Positions 42,742 through 52,075 of a stretch of DNA of 52,253 bases are shown here, piece after piece (positions within the stretch are counted from its first letter, which is position 1; every line of letters starts with the position of its first letter). A program made the position numbers and the translations under genes. The DNA lies in NCBI GenBank assembly GCA_026413625.1, contig JAOAKO010000004.1, forward strand, positions 1-52,253. Reading direction: 5' to 3'. Below the pieces are notes generated by a model. It did no database searches. It was not told the DNA's origin and saw nothing but the letters and a program-made list of their open reading frames with translations. The DNA comes from Candidatus Micrarchaeota archaeon. GTDB taxonomy: Archaea > Micrarchaeota > Micrarchaeia > CABMEP01.

Positions 42742-43713
42742 ATGCAAAGCAAGAGATATTCGTTTCTTTCAAAAGAGATTCAGGAAGCGGCGTTGGAATT
42801 GCTTAGAAGAAACGTTAATCTAAAAGAAGGAGAATCTGTTCTTTTGATAACCGACAGGAAGGCATGCCCTGTATTCACTTCGTTGTCTGCTGCAATAAAT
42901 CAACTAGGCGGAAGGCTGGCTGAAGCGTTCATCACTCCAGACCGCCAGCACAGCTCTCCGATTCCTTCCCTAAAAGAGGCCTGTCTGAATTCCGACATCA
43001 TACTGGGAGTTACAGACAAGAGCATTTCTCACTCTCCAGAAGTTTTTGAGGCGAGAAAGTCCGGTTCAAGGGTTGTTTCAATGCCGGGGATAACTCCAGA
43101 GCTTTTTGTAAAGGGAGTATCATCAGATCCGTCGCTAATTAAAAGAATAAATCTAAGGCTTGAGAAGAGGTTAGTTTCAGCTAAGGAGATAAAGGTATTC
43201 TCCCCCTCAGGAACGAACGCATACATCAGGATTGAAGATTCAAAATTTGATTTTAGCGACAATGGGGACGCATCCCAACCGGGTTCTTTAATCAATGTGC
43301 CTTACGGAGAGGTTTACTCATTTATATCTAAATGCAGTGGGAAAATAGTTATTGACAGATGGCAGAATTCAATCAAACCAAATGACAACGCCATAATTGA
43401 ATTAGAGGACGGTAAGATAGTTAGATGGAATAATGCAGCAAGCAAATATGTGATGAACCAGCTTAATGCTGGAGAATGCGGCCTTTCTGTTTCTGAATTT
43501 GGAATCGGAACGAATCCCTTCATAACAAAGCCGATAGGAATAACATTAAGCGATGAGAAGATTTTCGGAAGCGTTCATTTTGCGTTTGGCGGGGGAGGAA
43601 AAAGAAAGTGCGGAATTCATGAGGACTTTGTTGTTTTGACGCCTACCGTGCTTGTTGACGGAGAGGAATTGATCAAAAGAGGAAGATTTCTCTTTAACAT
43701 AGGCAGATATTAA
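42742..43713 (+). CDS. aminopeptidase, M29 (AmpS/PepS)-like
   Basis: GESVLLITD, NVPYGEV and GSVHFAFGGGG resemble the M29 thermophilic aminopeptidase pattern. At 323 aa it is shorter than typical. Confidence 0.55.
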   Translation: MQSKRYSFLSKEIQEAALELLRRNVNLKEGESVLLITDRKACPVFTSLSAAINQLGGRLAEAFITPDRQHSSPIPSLKEACLNSDIILGVTDKSISHSPEVFEARKSGSRVVSMPGITPELFVKGVSSDPSLIKRINLRLEKRLVSAKEIKVFSPSGTNAYIRIEDSKFDFSDNGDASQPGSLINVPYGEVYSFISKCSGKIVIDRWQNSIKPNDNAIIELEDGKIVRWNNAASKYVMNQLNAGECGLSVSEFGIGTNPFITKPIGITLSDEKIFGSVHFAFGGGGKRKCGIHEDFVVLTPTVLVDGEELIKRGRFLFNIGRY

Positions 43714-43754
43714 TTATCAAGAATCCATACTCTGTGCCTCATTCAGATGTTGAG

Positions 43755-43768
43755 TTTTTAAACTTTTA
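43755..43768 (+). promoter_or_regulatory. TATA-like box for leaderless lig transcript
   Basis: 'tttttaaactttta' is centred about 25 nt upstream of the lig ATG. There is no SD between it and the ATG. Confidence 0.3.
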
Positions 43769-43783
43769 TTTCAAACTACTCTT

Positions 43784-45532
43784 ATGGAATTCTCTGTGTT
43801 TGCTGAAACCGCCTATGAGCTTGAGAAGACTTCAAGCAGATTGGCGATGATTGAAATTCTTTCAAAACTTTTTAAACAAGCTGACAAGGACAACATCCAG
43901 AAATTAATCTATCTTTTGCAGGGAAGGGTTGCTCCACCGTTTGAGGGCATAGAGGTAGGAATGGGAGAGAAATTTGTAGAAAAGGCAATCTCAATATCGA
44001 CAGGATACACAATCGCTCAAGTGGAAGCCGCGTTCAGGAAGAAGGGAGATCTTGGGAGCGCAGCGGAGCAGTTGGTTGAGAAGAAAAAGCAGACAGCTCT
44101 CTCTTCAGAGCCTTTGACCGTTGAGGGCGTATTCGATTCCTTGCTTAAAATCGCAAAAACATCAGGAGAGGGAAGCCAGGATAAAAAGATAAAGCTTCTT
44201 TCAGACCTCCTAAATAGGGCAAGCCCGTTGGAGGCAAAATATCTAGTCAGAATTCCGCTTGCAAATCTTCAGCTGGGTGTTGGAGATCCAACCATGATGG
44301 ACGCATTGTCTGTAGCAGTGAAAGGAGACAATAGCTTGAGGGAGGAAATTGAAAGGGCTTACAACCTGTCTTCAGATTTGGGAACGGTTGCAAAAAATCT
44401 TTACGAAGGCAAAAGGAAGCTCGGGGAAATAAAGTTGTTCAATCCGATAAGGCCGGCATTGGCTGAGAGAGAAAACGATCCTGCAGCAATACTTAAACGG
44501 CACAAGACAACCATAGCAGATCTGAAGCTCGATGGATTCAGACTACAGATTCACAAGAAAGGGGACAGAGTTATGCTGTTCTCAAGAAGGTTAGAGGATA
44601 TGACGCATTCGTTTCCAGATGTTGTTGAAATCGTGAAGAAAAATGTTAAGGCGGATGAGGCGATAATAGACAGCGAGGCCTTGGCATACAATGAAGCAAC
44701 AGGAGAGATATATCCATTCCAATACACCATACAGAGGAAAAGAAAGCACGGAGTTGCTGAAAAGGCGGAAGAGCTGCCGCTCCACATATTTGCCTTTGAC
44801 ATAATGTATCTGGATGGGGAGAGCCTGATAGACCTTCCTTACAAAGAAAGAAGAAAGAAATTAGAAAAGATAATAAAGAAAGACGGAATTTCAGTTATGG
44901 AGAGCATAATAACTTCCGACCTTAAGGAGCTAGAAAGATTTTTCAAAAAGTCCATTGAGGTTGGTGCAGAGGGAGTTGTTTGCAAAGATCCAGAATCAAT
45001 TTATAAGGCAGGAATGAGGGGATTTAACTGGATAAAGCTTAAGCGCTCTTACAAAGGAGAGCTTGCAGACACTATAGATGTTGTAATCGTAGGATATTTT
45101 TATGGAAAAGGCGCCAGAGCAGAATTCAAATTCGGGGGCTTTTTAGGAGCGGTTTATGACGAAGACGAGGACGTTTTCAGAACCGTGACAAGGGTTGGAA
45201 GCGGTTTCAGCGAGGAAATGATGGTGAAGTTGAGAGAAATGCTTGAAAAAATAAAGACAAAAGACAAACCGGCAAGGGTGGATTCATTGATCGAGCCGGA
45301 TGTATGGGTAAAGCCGATGTATGTCGTCACCATAAAAGCCGATGAAATAACAGAATCACCCATGCATACAGCAGGAAGAAAAGGAGAGACAGGTTATGCG
45401 CTTCGCTTCCCGAGAATGGTTGGAGATATAAGGGATGACAAGAGGCCAGAGGATGCTACTACCGTTTCAGAGATAATAAGAATGTTCAAGCTTCAAAAGC
45501 ATACAGCAGTTCAGTCAAGTACAGAGGCTTGA
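43784..45532 (+). CDS. lig: ATP-dependent DNA ligase
   Basis: Adenylation motif I KLDGFRLQIH, plus EGVVCK, WIKLKRSY and an OB-domain tail. 582 aa. Confidence 0.92.
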   Translation: MEFSVFAETAYELEKTSSRLAMIEILSKLFKQADKDNIQKLIYLLQGRVAPPFEGIEVGMGEKFVEKAISISTGYTIAQVEAAFRKKGDLGSAAEQLVEKKKQTALSSEPLTVEGVFDSLLKIAKTSGEGSQDKKIKLLSDLLNRASPLEAKYLVRIPLANLQLGVGDPTMMDALSVAVKGDNSLREEIERAYNLSSDLGTVAKNLYEGKRKLGEIKLFNPIRPALAERENDPAAILKRHKTTIADLKLDGFRLQIHKKGDRVMLFSRRLEDMTHSFPDVVEIVKKNVKADEAIIDSEALAYNEATGEIYPFQYTIQRKRKHGVAEKAEELPLHIFAFDIMYLDGESLIDLPYKERRKKLEKIIKKDGISVMESIITSDLKELERFFKKSIEVGAEGVVCKDPESIYKAGMRGFNWIKLKRSYKGELADTIDVVIVGYFYGKGARAEFKFGGFLGAVYDEDEDVFRTVTRVGSGFSEEMMVKLREMLEKIKTKDKPARVDSLIEPDVWVKPMYVVTIKADEITESPMHTAGRKGETGYALRFPRMVGDIRDDKRPEDATTVSEIIRMFKLQKHTAVQSSTEA

Positions 45533-45553
45533 GTTTCAAATAAGGTGAAATCT

Positions 45554-46183
45554 ATGCGCACTCCAGCTAAAACTGGCAAATTCATAGTGCTGGAAGGAAT
45601 CGATGCATGCGGAAAAAGCAGCCAGATAAAGAAGCTTGCGGCATATCTTTTTAGCAAGGATAAAAGGAACCATATTCTGATCACGAGAGAGCCGACCATG
45701 CTTTCAGAATACGGAGTGAAAGTAAGGGAACTTTTAACAAGGCAGAAAGATCCGATGAAGCATCATGAATTGTTTACAAATCTGTATGTAAAGGACAGAA
45801 AGTTTCACTTGAATAAAATAGTGTCGCCTGCATTAAAACAGGGCTGCATTGTGCTCTGCGACAGATACAAATACTCAACTTTTGCCTATCAGCTTGCACA
45901 GGGAGAAGAGTTAGAAAGACTGATTAAGATGCATAATAGTCTTTTAGTCCCGGACCTGGTGATCGTGATAGACATTCCTGAAGAAGAGGCAATCAAGAGG
46001 CTGAGTGAATCAAATCAGAAGAAAGATGCGTTTGAAATACTGGATTTTCTTAGGAAAGTAAGAAAGAATTATCTTAAAATGAAAGAGATGTTTCCAAAAG
46101 AAAGAATATTATTTGTCAACGGCAACAGATCAAAGGAAGAGGTTTTCGAAGAGATAAAGGAAAAAATAGACCCGTATCTTTAG
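45554..46183 (+). CDS. tmk: thymidylate kinase
   Basis: P-loop FIVLEGIDACGKSSQ and the DRY motif (LCDRYKYST). Start moved from the listed GTG at 45545 to the ATG at 45554, because 45545 lies inside the SD 'aaggtga'. Confidence 0.87.
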   Translation: MRTPAKTGKFIVLEGIDACGKSSQIKKLAAYLFSKDKRNHILITREPTMLSEYGVKVRELLTRQKDPMKHHELFTNLYVKDRKFHLNKIVSPALKQGCIVLCDRYKYSTFAYQLAQGEELERLIKMHNSLLVPDLVIVIDIPEEEAIKRLSESNQKKDAFEILDFLRKVRKNYLKMKEMFPKERILFVNGNRSKEEVFEEIKEKIDPYL

Positions 46184-46232
46184 ATGTAAGATTAAAACGG
46201 TGTAAATATTAAAAAGTAGAGGAAACAAAAAA

Positions 46233-46457
46233 TTAGAAATACAAAAAGAGACCCATTATTGCGTGAAGCAGCACAAATATAAAAGTTATAATTGCGCTTG
46301 TTTTGTGCCATTTGATATCTATACTTTTTCCTTTCGAGATTAAAATGCCTATGGAAAGGGTTGCCAAGAAGAAAAGAAAGCCAAGCAAACCCACATAGAA
46401 TATCAAAGGCTTTCCGAAAAACATTGTATATGCTATTTCCTTTATCACGCTTTTCAC
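46233..46457 (-). CDS. small membrane protein (2 TM), hypothetical
   Basis: 74 aa with two hydrophobic helices. Lies downstream of the cupredoxin gene on the same strand. Confidence 0.45.
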   Translation of the reverse strand: MKSVIKEIAYTMFFGKPLIFYVGLLGFLFFLATLSIGILISKGKSIDIKWHKTSAIITFIFVLLHAIMGLFLYF

Positions 46458-46472
46458 CTTTTAGTTTTATAC

Positions 46473-46901
46473 TCATTCTACAATTATCTTCCCTCTCATG
46501 CTGGGATGAATTCCGCAATGGTATTCATAAGTTCCTTTGATTTCAAATTTATATTCGAAAACATCACCATTTCTCAGTGTTTGTGATTCTGTGACGTTTA
46601 TTATAACTATGTTGTGAGGAACAGATTCCTCATTTGTCCATTTAACTATGGTGTTCGGCCTTATCGTAATTACTGAGGGCAAAAATTGGAAATTCTTTAT
46701 TTTTATCTCAATTGTTTCGATTGATTCTGCACCTGATGAGGTTTTATTGCCATATGTTAAAGATTCATTGTCCTGAGGCAAATTTTGTGGCGTAACGCTT
46801 TGTGCCTTTTGTGTTTCTTTCCCGATACATCCTAAGATCAGAATTCCAAATAAGATCAATGAAGCAAGAATAACAACGTTAGCCTTTTTATTTATATTCA
46901 T
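46473..46901 (-). CDS. type-1 copper (cupredoxin, amicyanin/plastocyanin-like) protein with lipobox-like signal
   Basis: Copper ligands VPHN...YHCGIHPSM (C-x2-H-x2-M as in amicyanin). Signal peptide ends ILILGC. Start set at the ATG at 46901, which overlaps the ndk stop as ATGA; the listed ORF extends to 46931. Confidence 0.8.
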   Translation of the reverse strand: MNINKKANVVILASLILFGILILGCIGKETQKAQSVTPQNLPQDNESLTYGNKTSSGAESIETIEIKIKNFQFLPSVITIRPNTIVKWTNEESVPHNIVIINVTESQTLRNGDVFEYKFEIKGTYEYHCGIHPSMRGKIIVE

Positions 46902-47350
46902 TCCACCCATATCTCTCCTTCTTTGAACCAAAGTGCGATTTCCTGTTTTGCCTCTTCAGACGTGCCAGACGCATGGACTACGTTCTCAATTTCTCCGTCA
47001 GTGGTTCTTCTCCCGTACTTTCCTCTTATTGTCCACGGCTCAGCCTTTTCAGGATCTGTTGCCCCAACTATTTCCCTTGCTCTCTTCACTGCGTTTTCTC
47101 CCTCATAAACAAGCGCAAGTATCCTGTTTTCTCCGTGTTTCTTTCCTTGTATGAAACTGATCAGCCCCTCATAAAAAGGCTTTCCTTCGTGCATGGCATA
47201 ATGCTTTCTTGCCAGCTTTTCGTCAACTTTTACGACCTTTGCACCAACCAGTTTTAGTTTTGCATTTTCAAACATCATAATGACTTCTCCGCTCAATCCT
47301 CTTTTCATTCCATCCGGTTTTATCAGAATTAATGTTCTTTCTTTTTTCAT
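46898..47350 (-). CDS. ndk: nucleoside-diphosphate kinase
   Basis: ERTLILIKPDG, YAMHEGKPFY, GATDP and NVVHAS (active-site His). 150 aa. Confidence 0.92.
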   Translation of the reverse strand: MKKERTLILIKPDGMKRGLSGEVIMMFENAKLKLVGAKVVKVDEKLARKHYAMHEGKPFYEGLISFIQGKKHGENRILALVYEGENAVKRAREIVGATDPEKAEPWTIRGKYGRRTTDGEIENVVHASGTSEEAKQEIALWFKEGEIWVE

Positions 47351-47489
47351 TTCCTCACCTGTCCTCAGTGAAAATAGTTTATTGCATAATTCTCACAAAA
47401 TATTTTTAAATACATCATGATAATTATATCTGCACATGATTTGTGCATGCAATTTTCATGTGTTCACTTTCACTGTGGGAGGAATTTAA

Positions 47490-47783
47490 ATGGATAGAAT
47501 AGCAGATCTAAGACCAGGAATGAATGCGTCGATAGAAGCAGAAGTTGTTTCAATAGAGCCTTCGAGAGAAGTAAGAACTAAATTCGGAAAATTAATAAGA
47601 GTTGCAAATGCAACCGTGGCAGACGATTCTGGCCAGATAATTGTCACACTTTGGGATAAAGACATAGACAGAGTTTCAATTGGCGACAAGATAAAAATAG
47701 AGAACGGATGGGTCTCAGACTTTAAGGGCAATCTTCAAATTACCGCAGGAAAGAACGGAAAGCTTGAGATAATACAGAAATAA
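47490..47783 (+). CDS. single OB-fold ssDNA-binding protein (short RPA/SSB-like)
   Basis: 97 aa. IADLRPGMN..IEAEVVSI.P.REV......G.LIRVANATVADDSGQIIVTLWD...D.V..GDKIKIENGWV is the pattern of short archaeal OB-fold SSBs. Confidence 0.68.
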   Translation: MDRIADLRPGMNASIEAEVVSIEPSREVRTKFGKLIRVANATVADDSGQIIVTLWDKDIDRVSIGDKIKIENGWVSDFKGNLQITAGKNGKLEIIQK

Positions 47784-47862
47784 TTTTCAAAAGTTTAATC
47801 ATTTTTAATCAGTTTCGGTTCTCATTTTTTACATTTTTAAACTTAACCCATAAATTATATTT

Positions 47863-48378
47863 ATGGGAATTTTGTCAAATATAGATATTAAAAAAGCAAT
47901 CAAAAATAAAGAGATTATAATAGATCCGATGCCGCCAGAGGAGTGCTTCGGGCCGGGTTCAGTTGATATAGCTTTAAGCAATGTATTCTACTTGCCTAAG
48001 AAGAAAAGACCAAAGCAATTAGATGCAGCCTGTGATTCTTTTGAGCTTCTGTATGACAAAACAGAGGCGAACGAGGTAATTCTTAATCCTGGCGATTGTA
48101 TTCTGGCGGTCACCGAAGAGAGGCTGATACTGGCTCCGAATATATGCGGTTGGATCCAGGGCAGAAGCAGATTTGCAAGAATGGGATTGACAGCACATGT
48201 TGCATCGAGCTTTATTCAGCCAGGTTCCCAGAATAGACAAGTCCTAGAAATAGCAAATTTATCAAAAGTTCCGATAAAGATTTCAAAAGGACTAAGATTG
48301 TGCCAGATCATATTTGAAAGAACAGACTCAAAACCAGAGGTTCCATACTCAAAAATAGGAAGGTTTGCTAAGCAATGA
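47863..48378 (+). CDS. dcd: dCTP deaminase/dUTPase-family protein
   Basis: IIIDP....C.GP.SVDI.L and GWIQGRSRFARMGL match the Dcd/Dut trimeric family. The downstream motif is atypical (QPGSQNRQVLEI instead of DPGF.G..TLE). Confidence 0.75.
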   Translation: MGILSNIDIKKAIKNKEIIIDPMPPEECFGPGSVDIALSNVFYLPKKKRPKQLDAACDSFELLYDKTEANEVILNPGDCILAVTEERLILAPNICGWIQGRSRFARMGLTAHVASSFIQPGSQNRQVLEIANLSKVPIKISKGLRLCQIIFERTDSKPEVPYSKIGRFAKQ

Positions 48379-48420
48379 AAAGCAATTACTAATGTTTGCT
48401 GTTAATAAGTGAATGAGAGC

Positions 48421-48605
48421 GCGGCAGTAGTCTAGCCTGGTAGGACTCGAGCTTCCCAGGAAACTCTTTTAAAAAAGAGTTTCATCAGAAGACAGATGAC
48501 GACTCTTTTAGACAAAGAGTTTCGTCATAAAAAGTGATGGAGCTTTCTTTAAAAAGGGAGTTTCGAAAAAAGCTCGCGACCCGGGTTCAAATCCCGGCTG
48601 CCGCA
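48421..48605 (+). tRNA. tRNA-Gly(CCC) interrupted by a 112-nt intron at 37/38
   Basis: Acceptor GCGGCAG/CTGCCGC, D arm GTCT..GGAC, anticodon stem CGAGC (48448-52) / GCTCG (48572-76), loop TTCCCA|..|A (anticodon CCC 48455-57), T arm CCGGG-TTCAAAT-CCCGG, discriminator A. Intron 48459-48570. Confidence 0.8.
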
Positions 48606-48634
48606 TTTTGAAATCTTTTGATTATTTTTCCTGC

Positions 48635-49894
48635 TTATTCATTGAATTCTGTTTTCTTTTTCTTTCTGAATCTCGGAAGAACGAATTTGTATACCAAATA
48701 CAGAAATACAAAGGCGGCTGCGATTAGAATTATCGGATCGGTTGCAGTAACTTTATCATATCCGTACTTAAGCGCATCCTCCTTGCTGAATACGTTGACT
48801 TCCACGCTTTCTTTCTGCTCATAGACATTGCCTATTGCATCCTTGTATACGATCTTTATAGGCAGATTTATTTTCTTATCAGTAGTGTTAATATAAAGTT
48901 CAAATTCAGCGACTTCTGAATCGTCTGAATTTATATCACCAATATAGTATACAGCAGGACTCAGAAGAGTGTATTCCGCGTTTCCATCTGTAAGGAAATA
49001 GACGGTTGTAAACGCAATCTTTGACTCCCCTCTGTTTATTATAGAAATAGGAATAGTACTCTTTGCGTTATTCCTTACTATTGTTGTCTGATCGTGCAGT
49101 GCAAGCAATGCTGGCTCTGTGTTGACATCGAGAGATATTATCGTGCTTTTTGAATAGGATTTTCCTAGCATGTCATAGTAGGTCATGGTGACAGGAATCT
49201 TGTAGGATTTTGCTGTTGCGTCAGCCATGCTCTTTATAGAGAAGCTTACAGCAGTCTTTTTTCCAGCCTCTATCAGAGGAATTCTCTTTTCAGTTGTTTC
49301 GTTAACAGGAACGAAAGGCACATCTTGCCCAGAGAGATCGAGCTTTACAGTTATGTCCTTCAGCGAAGCGCCTGCAATATTCTCTAATTCAAGCGTAACA
49401 TTTCCGATTTGGTTAGGCTTAAATTCGGCAGGAACACTTGAAACCTTGCTTATCATTATCACAGCATCTTGTGATTGAATGTAAATAGGCAATTCAGCTG
49501 TTTCTTCCAGATATCCAGATATCTTACATACTATTTTTAGTTTGTTTGTTCCAGTTACAGCGTTTTCGCTTATTCTAACTTTAAACTTCATTAGTGCAAT
49601 GTCGTTTTTCTTGAAGTTTCCTAGATTATATCTTCCGTCCTCTAAATTGTCAATTGAGAATGGGTATTTTGGATCTAGGTAACAGGTGAGATTAGTTATA
49701 GTGGTTTCAACCGCTGATTGGACCTTCACATACACATCTATGTATCTTCCAGGCTCCGCAGGATACGGATAGTAGTATGCGCCTTCACTTATTTTGACTC
49801 CTGCAATGTTTGCTACATTTGGAGTTATTGGAGCCTGAGCGCCCACAAATAAAATCATTTGCAAAATTAGGAAAGCTACAAGATTTTTGTTCAT
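48635..49894 (-). CDS. secreted, C-terminally anchored beta-rich surface protein (COG1361/S-layer-domain-like)
   Basis: Signal peptide, repeated beta-sandwich-like segments, and a C-terminal TM followed by PRFRKKKK. Lies downstream of an ABC ATPase and FtsX permeases, an arrangement I recall for archaeal COG1361 proteins. Confidence 0.55.
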   Translation of the reverse strand: MNKNLVAFLILQMILFVGAQAPITPNVANIAGVKISEGAYYYPYPAEPGRYIDVYVKVQSAVETTITNLTCYLDPKYPFSIDNLEDGRYNLGNFKKNDIALMKFKVRISENAVTGTNKLKIVCKISGYLEETAELPIYIQSQDAVIMISKVSSVPAEFKPNQIGNVTLELENIAGASLKDITVKLDLSGQDVPFVPVNETTEKRIPLIEAGKKTAVSFSIKSMADATAKSYKIPVTMTYYDMLGKSYSKSTIISLDVNTEPALLALHDQTTIVRNNAKSTIPISIINRGESKIAFTTVYFLTDGNAEYTLLSPAVYYIGDINSDDSEVAEFELYINTTDKKINLPIKIVYKDAIGNVYEQKESVEVNVFSKEDALKYGYDKVTATDPIILIAAAFVFLYLVYKFVLPRFRKKKKTEFNE

Positions 49895-50060
49895 ACAATC
49901 ACCCAGTCCATTCAGCGAACTTATAATTCTTTTATATTTTATGCTTTATTTTGCGTTATGTTTGTTTCTGCTATTATAATTAATGTGCTTTGAATTATAT
50001 TGTGCATGAATATTCTTAAATATTTCATAATCCTCTTTTTCCTCTTTTGCTATTTTTTAT

Positions 50061-50816
50061 TTACTTTCTTTTTATATTGTTGAAATCAAACTCATGGTTT
50101 TTCGAATCGCGTATTATTTTGCCATCTTGAAGTTCCACTATTCTGTCCGCATGTTCTGCAACGAATCTTTCATGCGTCACAACTATAACAGTTCTGCCAT
50201 CCTCCTTGTTCAATTTTGTGAGCAGTGCCATTATTTCAAGTCCGCTTTTATAGTCTATATTTCCTGTCGGTTCGTCTGCCAGTATAACTTCCGGCTCAAC
50301 AACAAGCGCTCTTGCGATAGCAACTCTTTGTTGTTCTCCTCCAGACAATTCTTTAGGGAGATGATTTATCCTATGTCCCATACCAACCCTTTCCAACATT
50401 TTTTTACTTCTCTCTCTCGCTTCCTCAGCTGTGATGTCCTTAAACATGAGTGGAAGCATCACATTCTCAATGGCAGTTAGTGTTGGGATAAGATTGAAAG
50501 ATTGAAAAACAAATCCGATTTTCTTTCCCCTCCATTGCGCAAGCTCGCTTTCGCTAAGAGTTGTAATATCAATGTCATCAAGTTTTATCTTGCCGGTTGT
50601 GGGTAGATCAAGGCTTCCAATCATATTCATTAATGTGCTTTTGCCGCTACCGGAATGGCCGATTATTGCAACAAATTCTCCCTTGTATATCTTAAGATCA
50701 ATTCCACACAATGCGTTAACCTTAACATCCCCCATCTGGTATGTTTTTCTGACGTTCTGCAATTCAATTATCGGTATTTTTTCCTTAGAAAAAACCTTTT
50801 CTTTGCCCGCTTTCAT
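50061..50816 (-). CDS. ABC transporter ATP-binding protein (MacB/LolD-type)
   Basis: Walker A GHSGSGKSTL, Q-loop, signature LSGGEQQR, Walker B ILADEPTGNID and H-loop VTHE. Confidence 0.92.
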   Translation of the reverse strand: MKAGKEKVFSKEKIPIIELQNVRKTYQMGDVKVNALCGIDLKIYKGEFVAIIGHSGSGKSTLMNMIGSLDLPTTGKIKLDDIDITTLSESELAQWRGKKIGFVFQSFNLIPTLTAIENVMLPLMFKDITAEEARERSKKMLERVGMGHRINHLPKELSGGEQQRVAIARALVVEPEVILADEPTGNIDYKSGLEIMALLTKLNKEDGRTVIVVTHERFVAEHADRIVELQDGKIIRDSKNHEFDFNNIKRK

Positions 50817-50830
50817 AACTTCACCTTATT

Positions 50831-52057
50831 CTATACCCTTAGGCTCTCCGCAGGCTTCATTCTTGCAGCCTGCATTGCAGGAAGCAGTCCGCTGACGCTT
50901 CCAACTATGAATGAAAATGCCAATGCACCTATTATTAACCATAATGGGGTGGAGGCTCCAAAAGGATACCCTGTTTGAAGAGTGATCGTTTCTATTCCCT
51001 TGCTTATCAATATGCCAGCTCCAATTCCAAGAGCACCTCCAACCAATCCAAGTATTCCGGATTCTATCAGAAATATAATCATTATGTCTCTGTTTCTCGC
51101 CCCTACTGCCTTCATTATTCCAATCTCCCTTGTTCTTTCCAATACAGAGGTATACATCGTATTCATTATTCCGATTCCTCCAACGACAAGAGAGATTGCG
51201 GCAATTCCGATCACAATTATCTGAACAATAGATATCACTGCGCCGTATGTTTCGTATAACTGTTGCGGAGTTTGTACTGTAAAATCTTCCTCTCCTTCTT
51301 TAAGCCCTCTGTCCTTTCTTAATGCAACTTTTACTCGTTCTGCAACCGTTTCTATGGGGTACGTTTCCTTTACTGTGGCCCAGATAGTCATATATCCGAT
51401 GTCTCCGTAGATCTCTTTCATCGTTGAGAGAGGGATGTAAACCTGTTTGTCGTCTTCTTCGCTTCCAACTCTCTCGGCAATTCCTACAATTGTGAACTTC
51501 TTTCCTTTTATTGTAATCTCGTCTCCTACAGTAAGTTTTTTCTTGAATACATCTCCGTTTGCATATAGCCAACCTACGACCGCTTTGTATCCATCGCTTG
51601 TTTGCAATTCTCTTCCCTTTTCGATCGATATTGAACTTATTTCCCTTAGGCTTATTTCGCTTGGTTCGTAGCCTATCAAAAACGCATATTTTATTTCACT
51701 TCCGCTTTCTATTCCTGCTAGGACTGCTGCAAACCCTGCCACCTTTTCAATTCCATTGACTTTTTGAATAACCTTTATGTCATGGTCTGTCATTTGGACA
51801 GATCCGACTGTTGCAGCAAGTATTCCATAAAATCCGCTTCCTGGAAATATATAGAGTGCATTTGGATTTAGCATTGAGAACTGTTTATCAATTGTTTCCT
51901 GAAGGCCTTGCCCAACAGAAATAAGAGCAATCAATGCAGTTATGCCTATAAATATGCCGATAACAGTAAGCCAAGAACGAGTTGGTTTGTGCCTAAAGGT
52001 TCGCAAAGCCAAATTCAAGTAATAAACAAATGATGCCATATTCCTACCATTTTGCAT
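50831..52057 (-). CDS. ABC transporter permease, FtsX/MacB family
   Basis: N-terminal TM, a MacB-like extracytoplasmic domain, and three C-terminal TMs with the FtsX pattern (REIGIMKAVGA...). The likely start is the ATG at 52039 (MASFVYY). Confidence 0.87.
   Translation of the reverse strand: MQNGRNMASFVYYLNLALRTFRHKPTRSWLTVIGIFIGITALIALISVGQGLQETIDKQFSMLNPNALYIFPGSGFYGILAATVGSVQMTDHDIKVIQKVNGIEKVAGFAAVLAGIESGSEIKYAFLIGYEPSEISLREISSISIEKGRELQTSDGYKAVVGWLYANGDVFKKKLTVGDEITIKGKKFTIVGIAERVGSEEDDKQVYIPLSTMKEIYGDIGYMTIWATVKETYPIETVAERVKVALRKDRGLKEGEEDFTVQTPQQLYETYGAVISIVQIIVIGIAAISLVVGGIGIMNTMYTSVLERTREIGIMKAVGARNRDIMIIFLIESGILGLVGGALGIGAGILISKGIETITLQTGYPFGASTPLWLIIGALAFSFIVGSVSGLLPAMQAARMKPAESLRV
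50843..50902. repeat. 60-nt segment with 58/60 identity to 52091-52150 (3' ends of two tandem permease genes)
   Basis: Direct base-by-base comparison gives 2 mismatches in 60 nt. Sequence diverges immediately on both sides. Confidence 0.9.
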
Positions 52058-52075
52058 TTAAATCTTTATTCGTAT

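Noticed and set aside
39836-43713. TldD/PmbA pair plus M29-like aminopeptidase as a peptide-maturation (RiPP/microcin-type) system
   Set aside because: No precursor-peptide-like small ORF, cyclodehydratase or exporter is adjacent. TldD/PmbA pairs are common housekeeping proteases in archaea. The neighbouring 131-aa ORF is basic and lacks leader/core features.
48460-48565. The three direct-ish repeats considered as a mini CRISPR array
   Set aside because: The units are about 25 nt, imperfect, separated by 12-15 nt, palindromic, and lie inside a tRNA intron. There are no cas genes in the window. No other CRISPR-like periodicity was seen anywhere.
48459-48570. Possible C/D-box sRNA encoded in the tRNA-Gly intron (as in euryarchaeal tRNA-Trp introns)
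   Set aside because: There are only near-matches to the C box (AGAUGAC, GUGAUGG) and no CUGA D or D' box anywhere in the intron. The repeats are better described as hairpin modules.
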